Virus record (IMG/VR): IMGVR_UViG_3300032182_000187
Span: 8,497-72,496 of that record
Strand: one strand, 5' to 3'
From: a virus
DNA: 64,000 bases
Of the stretch, positions 20,501 through 30,600 are shown piece by piece; the stretch's first letter is position 1; the number at the start of each line of letters is the position of its first letter. Under the pieces are notes generated by a model, which worked only from the letters and a program-made list of their open reading frames with translations, was not told the DNA's origin and did no database searches. The translations under genes and the position numbers were made by a program.

Positions 20501-23500
20501 AAGCGATATAGATTTCTTCGGAAGCACCATTGTATGTTACACTATCTGCAGATCCTGTCCACCTAGAGTTTGAAACTGGTTCATAACCTGCAGGAATTAG
20601 TAACAAACCACTGAGATCTCCATTGGAATTAGTTCTTAATTCAGAACCAAATGTTGTTAAAGAGTTGCCAGCGATACCACTGAAGTTACTATCTGGAATT
20701 GCCCATGCGTTTACATTTCTACCATCAATAAACACATTCAACTTGGTGTCCGCTTTCAATCTTTGAACTTTAAAGAAGACTGGAATAGAACGAGCAAAGA
20801 ATTCTAGAGAAGAAGATACTTTAGTGCCGTTGATAGTCTTTGTAGATACACCTTTGGCAATTTCATTATTCTGTGGGTTTACATTGGAAGAACTTGCAAT
20901 ATTTGCTTTCTGGACAAAAGAGTCAACTTTGTCAGAAGTTACGGTTGCAAAAGAGTTGATGGACATCAACGAAGAATCAGATCCAGTCCAATTAACAATG
21001 AAAGAGTTAAAGATCGATCCAATGGATTCTTTTACATCAGATTTTGCTTGGAAAATGGAATAGTGATTAGTGTTTGTGTTTAGAGCGAGAGGTGCAATCT
21101 CAGTATTATACCACTGATCAATGGTTGGAGAAATGCGACAATCACCAACATATTGAATGACTACAAAAGGATTTGGATTGATAGTCTTAGTTGCAAATTC
21201 ATTACCAAGTAACCTGAGAGAAGTATATGGCAGTGTTACAACGCCATTGTTGTTAACATAACCAGAAATCAATCTTTGGTCGTTTCTAGTATTTACTTCT
21301 TCTAAATTGAAACTATTTTCTCTAACAGAAGGACGTAATACAGACTGCTGAGTATCAATAGAACATCTGTAGTCTGGAGAAATTAGATTACCAATTCCAT
21401 GACCTTCAAAGTTGTCTACAATAAATCCAGACTTAAATCTATCAAAACCTACATTGTCTTTAATCTGCATGTTTAGAGTCTGTTGCTCTAGAATGCTTAA
21501 CGTAGTGTAATACTCAAGACGCTCAATGCGCTTCTCTAGTTTACCAATGTCACGCATTGTATAGCGACGATTGTCTACAGGAACAATACGTACGTCTTTA
21601 TTACTCTTAGTAAACGCTGGAATATGTAAGTATGCAATAGTAATTGCATCATCCACATTATCTGGTTTTGCTGGGTTGAGAGAAGCATTTCCTTTCTTGA
21701 CAACAAATTCTCCTTTTTTATTCAAGAAGATACCATCAATACGATCTAAGAACTGCGTCTCACTGAAGGACATAGTATATTCTAAAGCAGGATCAGATGC
21801 TGGAGCAAGTGCAGTAACACCAGAATCTCCAACAAAATTAATATAACTAGCACCAGAAGGATTGGATAGAATAGAAACGTCTTGGAAACCTGTAACAGTA
21901 GTGGTAGAATCTACCTTAGGTCTGAAATCAAGAACATCTTTCAACGAAACAATACCATGTACAGACGAGTTGAATGAAGGTACTTCACTGCCCTCTACAC
22001 CTGCTTCATGAATGTAAGAATCTACGGTACAGAAATCACCAGAAGAATGCTCGAAGTAATCGAATGCTACAACTAATTGACCTTGGGTAGGTTCAAATCC
22101 TGGTTTGAGAACCAACCTAGAGACATCATATAGGGTATCTCTTTGTCCATCATCAAAGGAGAACTTATAAGTTACATCAGTACCACTAATTAGAGAACCA
22201 GAAGAATCAACATCAGGAGGTGTAGTTGAAGAACCTTCATATACATATCTCAGTTTAAATGCATCTGCATAAGATACGATAGAGGTTGCAACACCATCGT
22301 AGTCAGAACCACGCAAAGGAATAACACGGTCCCCACCAGAAATAATTACAATTCGTTGATTTCTAATCGCTGTTTTTAATCTTGGTTTTGCTTTGTCAAT
22401 TTCAACTGTGGCAGACAACTTCAGTTTAGGATATGTGGTCAAACCTGTACCAAAGAAATCTGCTGGCATTTGAATAACAAGAGATCCAGCAGTAACACCA
22501 GTGTTGTCTGAAGTAGAAGAATTGATAGTTACATACTTTGGATCGATATAAACGATATCGCCGTTATTTACTACAGAGGAATCACCCTTAGACAGAACTG
22601 TTAAGACATAAGAATTTTCATTATAAGTGATAAATCTCTGGAATCCTACAGGTAGTTGTGCTGTAAATGTTACAGCACCACCAGCAGCGTTCAGGTCTGC
22701 AGTAAAATCCTTTCTGACATAATATCTGATCTTAGTATCAGAAGTATCATTGATCAAAGAAGAAATTTGCTTACTTCCTGTTGGGAAGACCAACGAAGAA
22801 TTTACATTAGATACGAGAGGTCTAACTCTAACAACAGATACATTAGTTACAGTATCTTTTAGTGTGTATGTTAGGTAAATTCTAGATTTGATAGTTCCTT
22901 CTGCATCACTAGTCCATTGAACGATATTTCTAACGATATTATCATTATCGTCAGTATATTGAATTACATCACCTTGCACAAGATCTTTAGCAAGGTTTGC
23001 ACCAAAACCACTACACTCTACAAAATTAGATCCCTGCTTACCAGAGAAACTAAAATTAGTAATTGGTTTGTATTCAGAATAATTTGTCTTAGAGAAATCT
23101 ACATCAGCAGTAAATTTATAATTGTTGTACGTAGATTGAAGTGATTTAATATTTTGTGGTGTATATGTTAAGACAGTATTCTTGAATAGTACAGGAATGA
23201 TCGTTGGACTATTTGCTTCATTATCTTGTAAAGGATATGCTACTACTTCTGGAGGTGCAATAAAAGTTTCTCTTAGAGAAGATCGATCTAGAATATCAAT
23301 TTTATAGATACCCTGTCCAGCAACTCTTGGAGCAACCTTTGCATTATTAAGTTCATTACCATTTACATAAATCGAAGTAGATGCATCATCACCATATCCA
23401 GTTCCACGCTTGGTGCAAATGAAATGTGAAATGGTATTGTCTTTTGCGATCTTAGTTGAGTATCCTTGTTCGTCAAAAATGGTCTCTCCAGAAACAAATT

Positions 23501-25625
23501 GACCAGCAACAGAAGTTACGAAAAGAGTTGTACCACTACTATAGTTTCCAGAGAGATCATTTTCAATAACACCAACAGCATTACTCTGCTTACCATAGAT
23601 ATACTTACCAGAATTAAATCCTTCGGATGGAGCAGATTCTAATGTAATTTTAGTAAAGAATGTTGGATTAAAGTATCCAAAATTAAAGATACCACTATAT
23701 GGTTGGGAGTTAACTCCAGACTTACCTCTAGAAATAATTTTGTCAGTATCTTGATTAAATCCAGATGGTCTATCAGAAAGAGTGAAGTCTTTTGGTTTTA
23801 CTACACCAACGGTTGGAGTAATTGTATTCGTGTAATTAACAAGTCTACCAAAAGTCAGATCTGGAGTATATCCATCTGGTGGCAAAATGTCAGATTCTGA
23901 CATATACAGCATTCTATACTTAGATGGATCTCCATCATCATATTCTACAAAATACTCATCAAGTACAGATCTCTCTCCAAATAATGTTGCCTCTACAAAG
24001 AAACTAGATGTTCCTGCTACATTAATATCATTTGCCGTGGAGAATGCAATAACTTCTACACTACCAGCAGAGGTTGGTGTGTTTCCACTTCTCGACTTCA
24101 CGTACCATAGAGTAGTTGGGAATTGATCTTTGGTTACTGGAAGAGGTCTGCCATCAGTAACAGAGATCATTACTGTCTTGACGCCCTTGTCCAATCCAAA
24201 TTCTTTAGAGCGTCTGTCTAACGTGAATTTGTAAGAAGTCTCTCCTTCAAGTCCATTAAGTCCAATACTACCATCATTGAATGTGGTATTTAAAAATACA
24301 TCTGGGAATGCGGTGAGTTCTCCAGCAACTGTATTGAGAGGTACGCTACCGTAAACATTACTAATTTTAAAAGAAGATGATCCTCTAGACTTGATAGTTA
24401 CATTATCTCTAGTCAAAGTATCTCTTGCTTTATCGATATTAAGATACTTGACTTCTTTGTTTACAATCTCAAATCCACGAACATATGCCTTACCAGGACT
24501 TACGCTTGCGACTAGTTTTGCTTCTGCATCCGTAGCAGACATACCTTTAACTAGACCGTCATCTCCTTGCTTATATAAACCGTTGTTATTATTGCGTTGG
24601 AAAAATTCTCTTACGTCAATAGTAAAATCTTTAATAACATAATCTCCAGACTCATCATAAGTTCTTCTAGCAAGAGTTTCTTCTAACAGACTATAGTCTG
24701 CAGGTTTAACCTGTTTTTCAACTACACCATTCTTAATTTGAATAATTTGGATGAAGTTTTTGTCAGTTAGTGCGTTATAATCAAATTTTTTGAGTTCTAG
24801 ACTAATTTTTAGTCTATGAGCGCCAGGAGCAGAAGAATTAGAGAATCCTCTAGCATTGTCATATAGAGAAGCATCCTCCTCTGGAGTGATGATATCTTCT
24901 ACGATAGTAAAACCTACCTTTACAGAAGCTCTATCATAGTAATCATTAAGAACAATCAATTGCTCGTCATTGCGGACAAAAAATCCGTTAACGAAGTAAA
25001 TACCTTCTTCTACTTTCAGTGCAGTCGCATATCCCATTGCAGGACTGCTGAGACTTGTAATATCTCCAGTATCTGGATCCTCTACTTCAATGGTTGTTGG
25101 GAGAACACTACCATCAGTACCAACAACTAGTAATGGGGTATTAACACCACCAACAACTTCTAGAGTTTCACCTTGTCTGAATGTAGACTCGTTGCCATCA
25201 TCTCCACTGTTGACGTAATTTACAAAAATGAGATCTGCAGAATCTGTTGTAGCATACTTGACTTCTACTACTACAGCAGTAACACCAGAGTTAATACCTC
25301 TTAAAGTAGAACCAATTAGTTGCTTGATATCATATTTTTTATAGACGATGCCACCATTCTCATTTACAGCAACTTCGGAAACAGAAGACAGTTTAACAAA
25401 ATTGAGTCTGTTGTTCAGACCCACCTCACCAGGAATTACCAGTTGTCCTTGTTTAAATCTATATTTGCCGTAACTTTCTATCTGATTTTGTAAGATAGAC
25501 TGAAGGGATGTTAATTCCCTAGTCTGCACAGAATATCCAGGTCTGAAAAGAACCTTATAAAAATTCTTATCAGCATCAAAATCATCAAAATATGGAGATA
25601 CGTTTAGGTTAGTCTTCTGTGGCAT
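17541..25625 (-). CDS. VrlC-like (DUF4815-type) virion structural protein
   Basis: 2694 aa; N-terminus MPQKTNLNVSPYFDDFD...VLFRPG...QxRELTxLQSILQNQ; LARRTYDESGDY; RYTMRDIGKLEKRIERLEYYT; PLAQTF. Confidence 0.9.
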   Translation of the reverse strand: MPQKTNLNVSPYFDDFDADKNFYKVLFRPGYSVQTRELTSLQSILQNQIESYGKYRFKQGQLVIPGEVGLNNRLNFVKLSSVSEVAVNENGGIVYKKYDIKQLIGSTLRGINSGVTAVVVEVKYATTDSADLIFVNYVNSGDDGNESTFRQGETLEVVGGVNTPLLVVGTDGSVLPTTIEVEDPDTGDITSLSSPAMGYATALKVEEGIYFVNGFFVRNDEQLIVLNDYYDRASVKVGFTIVEDIITPEEDASLYDNARGFSNSSAPGAHRLKISLELKKFDYNALTDKNFIQIIQIKNGVVEKQVKPADYSLLEETLARRTYDESGDYVIKDFTIDVREFFQRNNNNGLYKQGDDGLVKGMSATDAEAKLVASVSPGKAYVRGFEIVNKEVKYLNIDKARDTLTRDNVTIKSRGSSSFKISNVYGSVPLNTVAGELTAFPDVFLNTTFNDGSIGLNGLEGETSYKFTLDRRSKEFGLDKGVKTVMISVTDGRPLPVTKDQFPTTLWYVKSRSGNTPTSAGSVEVIAFSTANDINVAGTSSFFVEATLFGERSVLDEYFVEYDDGDPSKYRMLYMSESDILPPDGYTPDLTFGRLVNYTNTITPTVGVVKPKDFTLSDRPSGFNQDTDKIISRGKSGVNSQPYSGIFNFGYFNPTFFTKITLESAPSEGFNSGKYIYGKQSNAVGVIENDLSGNYSSGTTLFVTSVAGQFVSGETIFDEQGYSTKIAKDNTISHFICTKRGTGYGDDASTSIYVNGNELNNAKVAPRVAGQGIYKIDILDRSSLRETFIAPPEVVAYPLQDNEANSPTIIPVLFKNTVLTYTPQNIKSLQSTYNNYKFTADVDFSKTNYSEYKPITNFSFSGKQGSNFVECSGFGANLAKDLVQGDVIQYTDDNDNIVRNIVQWTSDAEGTIKSRIYLTYTLKDTVTNVSVVRVRPLVSNVNSSLVFPTGSKQISSLINDTSDTKIRYYVRKDFTADLNAAGGAVTFTAQLPVGFQRFITYNENSYVLTVLSKGDSSVVNNGDIVYIDPKYVTINSSTSDNTGVTAGSLVIQMPADFFGTGLTTYPKLKLSATVEIDKAKPRLKTAIRNQRIVIISGGDRVIPLRGSDYDGVATSIVSYADAFKLRYVYEGSSTTPPDVDSSGSLISGTDVTYKFSFDDGQRDTLYDVSRLVLKPGFEPTQGQLVVAFDYFEHSSGDFCTVDSYIHEAGVEGSEVPSFNSSVHGIVSLKDVLDFRPKVDSTTTVTGFQDVSILSNPSGASYINFVGDSGVTALAPASDPALEYTMSFSETQFLDRIDGIFLNKKGEFVVKKGNASLNPAKPDNVDDAITIAYLHIPAFTKSNKDVRIVPVDNRRYTMRDIGKLEKRIERLEYYTTLSILEQQTLNMQIKDNVGFDRFKSGFIVDNFEGHGIGNLISPDYRCSIDTQQSVLRPSVRENSFNLEEVNTRNDQRLISGYVNNNGVVTLPYTSLRLLGNEFATKTINPNPFVVIQYVGDCRISPTIDQWYNTEIAPLALNTNTNHYSIFQAKSDVKESIGSIFNSFIVNWTGSDSSLMSINSFATVTSDKVDSFVQKANIASSSNVNPQNNEIAKGVSTKTINGTKVSSSLEFFARSIPVFFKVQRLKADTKLNVFIDGRNVNAWAIPDSNFSGIAGNSLTTFGSELRTNSNGDLSGLLLIPAGYEPVSNSRWTGSADSVTYNGASEEIYIASGEKTITFTDAVDYSNKSTSNSYADVIFYSTGILPENPSSIISTSAAYFKANEGVQSVNSNTDQEVKPNPLAQTFKVENFSGGCFVTGVDLFFQNKDTSIPIKTYLTNIDTGKPGKHVIPGSTSIKYPETYLKIFVTGDNDTISVKKGEFVKGSSTNASGPILRVFDKNNIQVGDENSIQLQLNKEQVYTLVLENHNGISFVPNEQLIIPSVTEFNNTRNKEVIINIAKDSGKLVDLKVEQVGSNYETAAVTIESPQLPGGSTATGNVFVSEGKIYASELVLSGRGYTEAPSVVIKGVGLGAGDAVITSKIEIDTPAVRMGVATDANADTPSTIPTHFDFEHPVYLQNDTEYALVVETDSIEYDLWVSRLGETEVATSTTVNSQPLLGSVYKSQNIDNWTEDLFEDIKFTLYRAEFDTSVKANLLLTTEDLGYEKLASAPFETSVRSSSNATSDLFKNNNTLVKVYHRDHGFEDAGMSSVYFRGSEDVGGISSTVLNAKLFDVKNSGLDSYVIEMPTRAGSSLFGGGDSVFATYNRKYEKLYAQISYLQLEGTTIDTEVETTNITALDSNSVNFPSYTQSAYERTFLNQEHYFTNQKIIASRINSTLNAIDRSLTYKVNMTSNVSYLSPVIDLNIASVKTSTNRIDNSTGQEKRFGKKYQKLSFSPLYNLGVSIIPSNADTSVLVPGVQIEGVTSKATGTLLSYDSNICLVALSSSVVFKVGESLVTKSADGIALSGIALSANTISEQKFNFTEGTNVFGYFPSNFNFNYANIIDGTVISWDADDKELIVENPYAPINNNYEGAILKDSPFVRTQENQASDIFRVGDIIKSQDDYYVTVNGMSFENGVDFTSETDSRNSSSLAKYVTKEVSINEPGTSINVKMTVNVKERENIQVLFKTKESSAQLNFEDINWTYFNGNGLSDNDDLATAENSISAVAEDQSSYQEYEFSVQDVSEFTSFAIKVVMKSSDPAYAPKIQDLRVVASY

Positions 25626-25664
25626 CGTAAATGAGTCTCTCTAGTTGATCCTGTTTCCCTCTAT

Positions 25665-25671
25665 TATTTAG
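25665..25671 (-). promoter_or_regulatory. T4-type late promoter variant (CTAAATA)
   Basis: TATTTAG on + strand, 39 nt upstream of the VrlC-like start and just past the gp8 terminator. Confidence 0.6.
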
Positions 25672-25678
25672 CAGGGAT

Positions 25679-25707
25679 AAAAAAAATCCCCCGATTTCTC
25701 GGGGGAT
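25679..25707 (-). terminator. Rho-independent terminator after gp8
   Basis: Minus strand ATCCCCCGA-GAAA-TCGGGGGAT followed by a T-run. Confidence 0.9.
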
Positions 25708-25729
25708 CTGAAAGATATGTTTGAGGAGA

Positions 25730-27559
25730 TCAGAACTCGATGACGAGTTTGATGTCTTCAATCTGGTCAGGAGCACGGGTGATTAGACGACGGTTCTCAA
25801 CGTAAATCATCTCACCAGAGTTAGCAGCGATCTCAGGGTTTGCAAGACCACTTGCGAACTGAACGCCAAGGACGTTGCTGTTATCGCCAGTGTCAACGTT
25901 TGCAGAGGTTAGCGAGGTAGTGCCAGTGATTGCATTACCTGCATTGCTCTCGAACGCACGGACAACACCCGAATCGGAGTGGAGGTCAGGAGACTGGATG
26001 TACTTGAGAACACCTTCGGTGGTCGAACCACTGTCGAGAGTCCAAGAAACAACGGTGCCTCTTGCAGTACCACCAGTTACGCTCTGCTCGATAGTTTCGT
26101 CAGGCTGGAAGTCAGAAGAAGCATTGTTCAACTTGACTGCGTACAGACCGTTAACGGTATCGACGGTTGCGAAGGTGGTGCTACCGAAGACATATGGATC
26201 CTTAAGGATACCAATACGACGGAAGTCGTTGTCAACGGGGAAGTCGCCAGAACCTTCAGCGTAGGTTAGACGGATGTTGGTCATGATACGCTTAGCATTC
26301 AATTCCAACTCCATGTCAGCACCGTGACCGCCTTGTGGAGGAAGAACAACTTCAACAGCACCAACAGCAGCAGCACCAACAGTTACAGAAGCGGTTAGAC
26401 CAGCATCGCTAAACAGACCATATGCAGTAGCACCGCTACCAGTACCAGTCTTAAGTGCAACAGATGCATAGGTGTAACCAGAACCAGCATCGGTAACAGT
26501 TACCGAGGAGATTGCTTGAGCGGTTACAGTGATCTGAACCTTACCACCAGTACCATCACCGAGGATAGGAGCATAGTGGGTGCCGTTAGGGAGGTTAGCG
26601 CCAGCGTTCTCAATTAGAGCAACGTTAATGCCACCATCAACTGCTGCTGCTTCAGTTGCCTGACGAGTTGCATCGGATGCAGCAACGATAGGCATGAAGT
26701 CAGTAGAGAGGAAGCGGAGAACATCATTCGTAGGAATGGTGTACATGTACTTCCAAATGTAACCAGCGTTGCCAGGCTCTTCGGTGAAGATGTCACCAGC
26801 ATACGAACCTTGACCAGCAGAAGGAGTAGTCTTAGGCTCATCGGTTGCGTTCTGACCAGAGGGGTTGGCAGGAGTTTCACCGTTGTAGAGGCACTTGAAT
26901 ACTTCGTACTGGGAGTTGATTACATAGAACTTCGCTTCACCAATAGTGGTAGCGCCAGTTGCTGCGGTCTTACCAACTTGACCACCGCCACCAGGGGTAG
27001 CAGAGTAGTCTGGCTTCCACATGTCGAATTTGGGATTAGCAACTAGATCCCAGTTGTAGCGACGGATAACTGCACGAGCGAACTCATCAGTAATACGCTT
27101 AGCAGCGATGATGTCGTCATACAGATCGAATTTTTCTTTTTGGTTGTCGAGAGGTACGGGGGGTACGTCCTCAGTAGCGTAGCGATAAACGCCAGATACT
27201 GCTTCAGCACCAGTGTCTGCAGTGCCGTTCCATGCCTTGAGGGTAGAACCTGCTGCGGGTACGCTGGAGGTAGAAGGACCGATGTTATAGAGTAGGAGGG
27301 AATCCTCGTATACTGCTCTAACGACACCTTTAAATGTAGCGCCAGCATAGTTGGCACCAACATAAACTTCGTTGCCTTCTACAAACGCTGTAGCGTTCTG
27401 GTTATAAATCTCTACGTAAGCATCCCAGCGTTGAGGACGACCAACAAAGAAGTACATTCTTGTACGCTCGTTGCCCGTATCGGAGGAGCCTTCAGATAGA
27501 GATTCTAGGAATTGTTTCGCATTAAAAATGCGAAATTTATCTGAAATAATTGCGGCCAT
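25730..27559 (-). CDS. gp8: Baseplate wedge subunit gp8
   Basis: 609 aa; MAAIISDKFRIFNAKQF, FYVINSQYEVFKCLYNG, GYIWKYMYTI, C-terminal IYVENR...QIEDIKLVIEF. Confidence 0.92.
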   Translation of the reverse strand: MAAIISDKFRIFNAKQFLESLSEGSSDTGNERTRMYFFVGRPQRWDAYVEIYNQNATAFVEGNEVYVGANYAGATFKGVVRAVYEDSLLLYNIGPSTSSVPAAGSTLKAWNGTADTGAEAVSGVYRYATEDVPPVPLDNQKEKFDLYDDIIAAKRITDEFARAVIRRYNWDLVANPKFDMWKPDYSATPGGGGQVGKTAATGATTIGEAKFYVINSQYEVFKCLYNGETPANPSGQNATDEPKTTPSAGQGSYAGDIFTEEPGNAGYIWKYMYTIPTNDVLRFLSTDFMPIVAASDATRQATEAAAVDGGINVALIENAGANLPNGTHYAPILGDGTGGKVQITVTAQAISSVTVTDAGSGYTYASVALKTGTGSGATAYGLFSDAGLTASVTVGAAAVGAVEVVLPPQGGHGADMELELNAKRIMTNIRLTYAEGSGDFPVDNDFRRIGILKDPYVFGSTTFATVDTVNGLYAVKLNNASSDFQPDETIEQSVTGGTARGTVVSWTLDSGSTTEGVLKYIQSPDLHSDSGVVRAFESNAGNAITGTTSLTSANVDTGDNSNVLGVQFASGLANPEIAANSGEMIYVENRRLITRAPDQIEDIKLVIEF

Positions 27560-27594
27560 TGAAAATCTCTCTTAGAAACGTTGTTGTCTTTGGT

Positions 27595-27608
27595 TATTTA
27601 TATTTATA
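27595..27608 (-). promoter_or_regulatory. Two overlapping T4 late promoters (TATAAATA)
   Basis: TATTTATA on + strand at 27595-27602 and 27601-27608, upstream of gp8. Confidence 0.8.
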
Positions 27609-27613
27609 ATGAA

Positions 27614-30600
27614 TTAACTAGAAGATCCAAATGTTCTCACATAGTCTCCTGCGGAGTGAGCCGTAGGAGTGGTTCCCTCATATCCTCTTGTTAGATCTTG
27701 TAAAGTATTGCCAGACTTGCTGGTATACCTAATCAATTCAGTTCCGATGAGAATCACGCCAGAATCTGGGAAGGGACCCGCATTATTTATATCCAAACTT
27801 GTCTCGTTTGTAATAGATGCGGAGAGAACAGATCCAACTTCATTGATAGTTGGAATACCCATGTTGAAGCGTTCGCCTGTCATGGTTACGGAAGAACTAT
27901 GCCTTTCGGTAAAGTCTTCGATAGTCATGTCGGGGAACATTCTAGTAATAGTATCAATATCACCCGATACTCCAAGAGCACCAGTATCAATCAGTAGGTT
28001 ATTTTCAAATCCAGTCATAGTGAATCCTGCATTACCAACCGTGTATCCATCATAGAATGCATCACGCTCTCTGTTAGCGTTAAGAACGAGTATAGTTCCT
28101 TGCTCTCTAGTGAAGACCTCGTTAATAGGATCGTTGAGGTCAAATTCGCCTTGGTCTCTCGTCTTGATCTTCGGAGGTAGAACATATAGTTCAGTGAAGA
28201 AGTCGAGAATACCGATTTCATAATCGATCTCTCTGGATGCACCTTGCTGATCCTGCTCATCAGCAAGACCAGAAGTAATACTAATGGTATGCTGAATCTC
28301 ATCTGGTCTTGTGGTTGCAACAATATTAGTTGATGTTGCAGTAAGTCTAGAAGAGATTGTAGGTTCAATCGTGAAGAATGCAGGAATCTCAGCAGTCTTA
28401 GAAACTGTTACCAGTGAAGATGTAGTCTCTAAGGTGTCTACCTTGTCGGTGATTGAAGTAGAGAATGCTGTGATTGTCGTATCAACGTCATAGGTAACAG
28501 TGTTCGCAACGGAATGATTTGTTTCATGCGTTGAAGTGACAATATTGCTAGAAATAGCACTTAGATCATTAGTAACTACACTAATCTGAGAAGACAGAAT
28601 AGTTTCAGCACTTTCTTCTACAATCGTACCGACTGCGATTTGTCTGTCAACATTAGCAATCGTTACTTGCTCAATAGTAGCAAGTTCTAGTGGAGGTGCA
28701 TTGAAGTAGAAGACACGGGTGATTCCGTATTCAGTATCCACTTGAGCAACAGAAGCAGCAGGTTGGATGGTTACCTGCTTGTTGATGCTTTGGATTGTTG
28801 TAGTAAGTAGACTATCGGATACAACATCAACTTGAGGTTTGATGATGTGCTGACTGCTTACTGTCTTAACAGAAGGATCAGTGTAGATGTTTACACCGCC
28901 CTGTACAACAGTTGCCTCGTATTCAACTCTAAAGAAGTTGGATGTGACTGTCTGCTGATAGTCAGTCTCAAATGGATCTCTAACAACCTCTGTAGAAATC
29001 ACCAGTTCATGGTTAATATCGAGTCTCAGAACTTTGAGAGACTCTCTAATGGCGTTAGTATCAATTCTAGCGGAAGAGACAATTCCTTCTACACCAACGC
29101 CAGTAACCTCTACGCCAACTACGGAAGCAGAAGTTAGTGCCTCAAGTACCTCTTCCCTTTCAGAAAGAGTTACACGAGTGTGAGTAATCTTCTGAATTTC
29201 GGTGAGGGTCTCAATCTGAAGAACCTCAACATTGAGAGTTGGGACATCAGATGTTACGTTGATTAGGGATACATTATCCTCAATCGCACCACGTTGAGTC
29301 AGTTGTACAGTTTCTTTCCACTCCGTGGTGAATGCCTTAACATTAGACTCACTTGTGGCGTAAGTAGAAACGATGAATGGATTTAGTTTCTCGACTCCAG
29401 GTAGAATTGAAGTAATCGAATCAATGTCATTGACCTTAGAATCAATGACAACCGAGTGATTAACTTCAGTAAAGTCAAGTTCACGTTGTACTACATTAAT
29501 AAACTGATCCTGAGAGTTGACTGTCTTAGTAACAGTGGTCTTCAGGGAAGTTACAGAAGAGAAGTCGTAATCAGTCTCAGAAACGATCTGCTTAGATACG
29601 ATAATGTCGTAGTTGATACCAAGATCAAACGTATTGACAATTCTGAGAGTAGTATCTTCTAAAGTAACTAGACCAGAAGATACCGCACCTTCAACACCTG
29701 CTGGAGGAATGATCGACTTGACCTCACTCTTACTATTGTGGATAGTAGTAATAGTAGGAGTGACAAATTCGGGAGGAATGATGATGACTTCTTCAGATAC
29801 AAAGAATCCTTCAATCTTGTGTTCAACTTGAGTATCACGCTCAACTTGAGTCGTAACCTCTAGTTCACTTACGGACTTAACATCCGAGAAACTTGTAGCG
29901 GTAACTGTTGTTGCTTGAGTCTGAGTTTCCTGAACACGAACGGAAGTCTCGATGCTGAAGACCTCGATGTTGCCGATAGGTACAACACTGATGAGTTCTG
30001 GTAAGTGTCTGAGGTAGTCACCTGCATTGTGAGTCTGTGGTTCGGTGCCGAAAGTACCTCTTTCGACATACATGAACCTGTCTTGCTTGGTCTTGGTATA
30101 GGTAACAATCTCCTTACCAATAAGCAGTCTACTTGCTTTGGGGAATCTCCTTGTATCTGGTACAAAGATGATATTATCATCCAGATCAACTGGAGCATCC
30201 AAGAATGCGCCAACATCATTAATAGATGCAGTATCGAGTTGATGTACTGCTTCACTAATGACAGTAGGAGGAAGAATCGTGGTAATTTGCGTTGTAGTAT
30301 CACTGACACTAGCAGTGCTTTCAATCTGCTGAATACCTGTGAATGGAATTGGATCCCTGATGATATCAATCTCAGCAGGTTGTACAACCTTAACACTGCT
30401 GCTGACAGACTTCTCAATACCAGTGAATGCAACCTCACTTTCTTTGATACTAGCAGGAGGCATTGAAGCGATGCTTGCTGCCGCTGCTGGAATAATAGTA
30501 ACCTGCTGAGTAGTATCTAAGTTACCAACTGCTGCACTCAGGTCAACGAAGATGAATAGAGATTCACCTGCCTCACCTGTTTGAGTAATAATAATTTCAG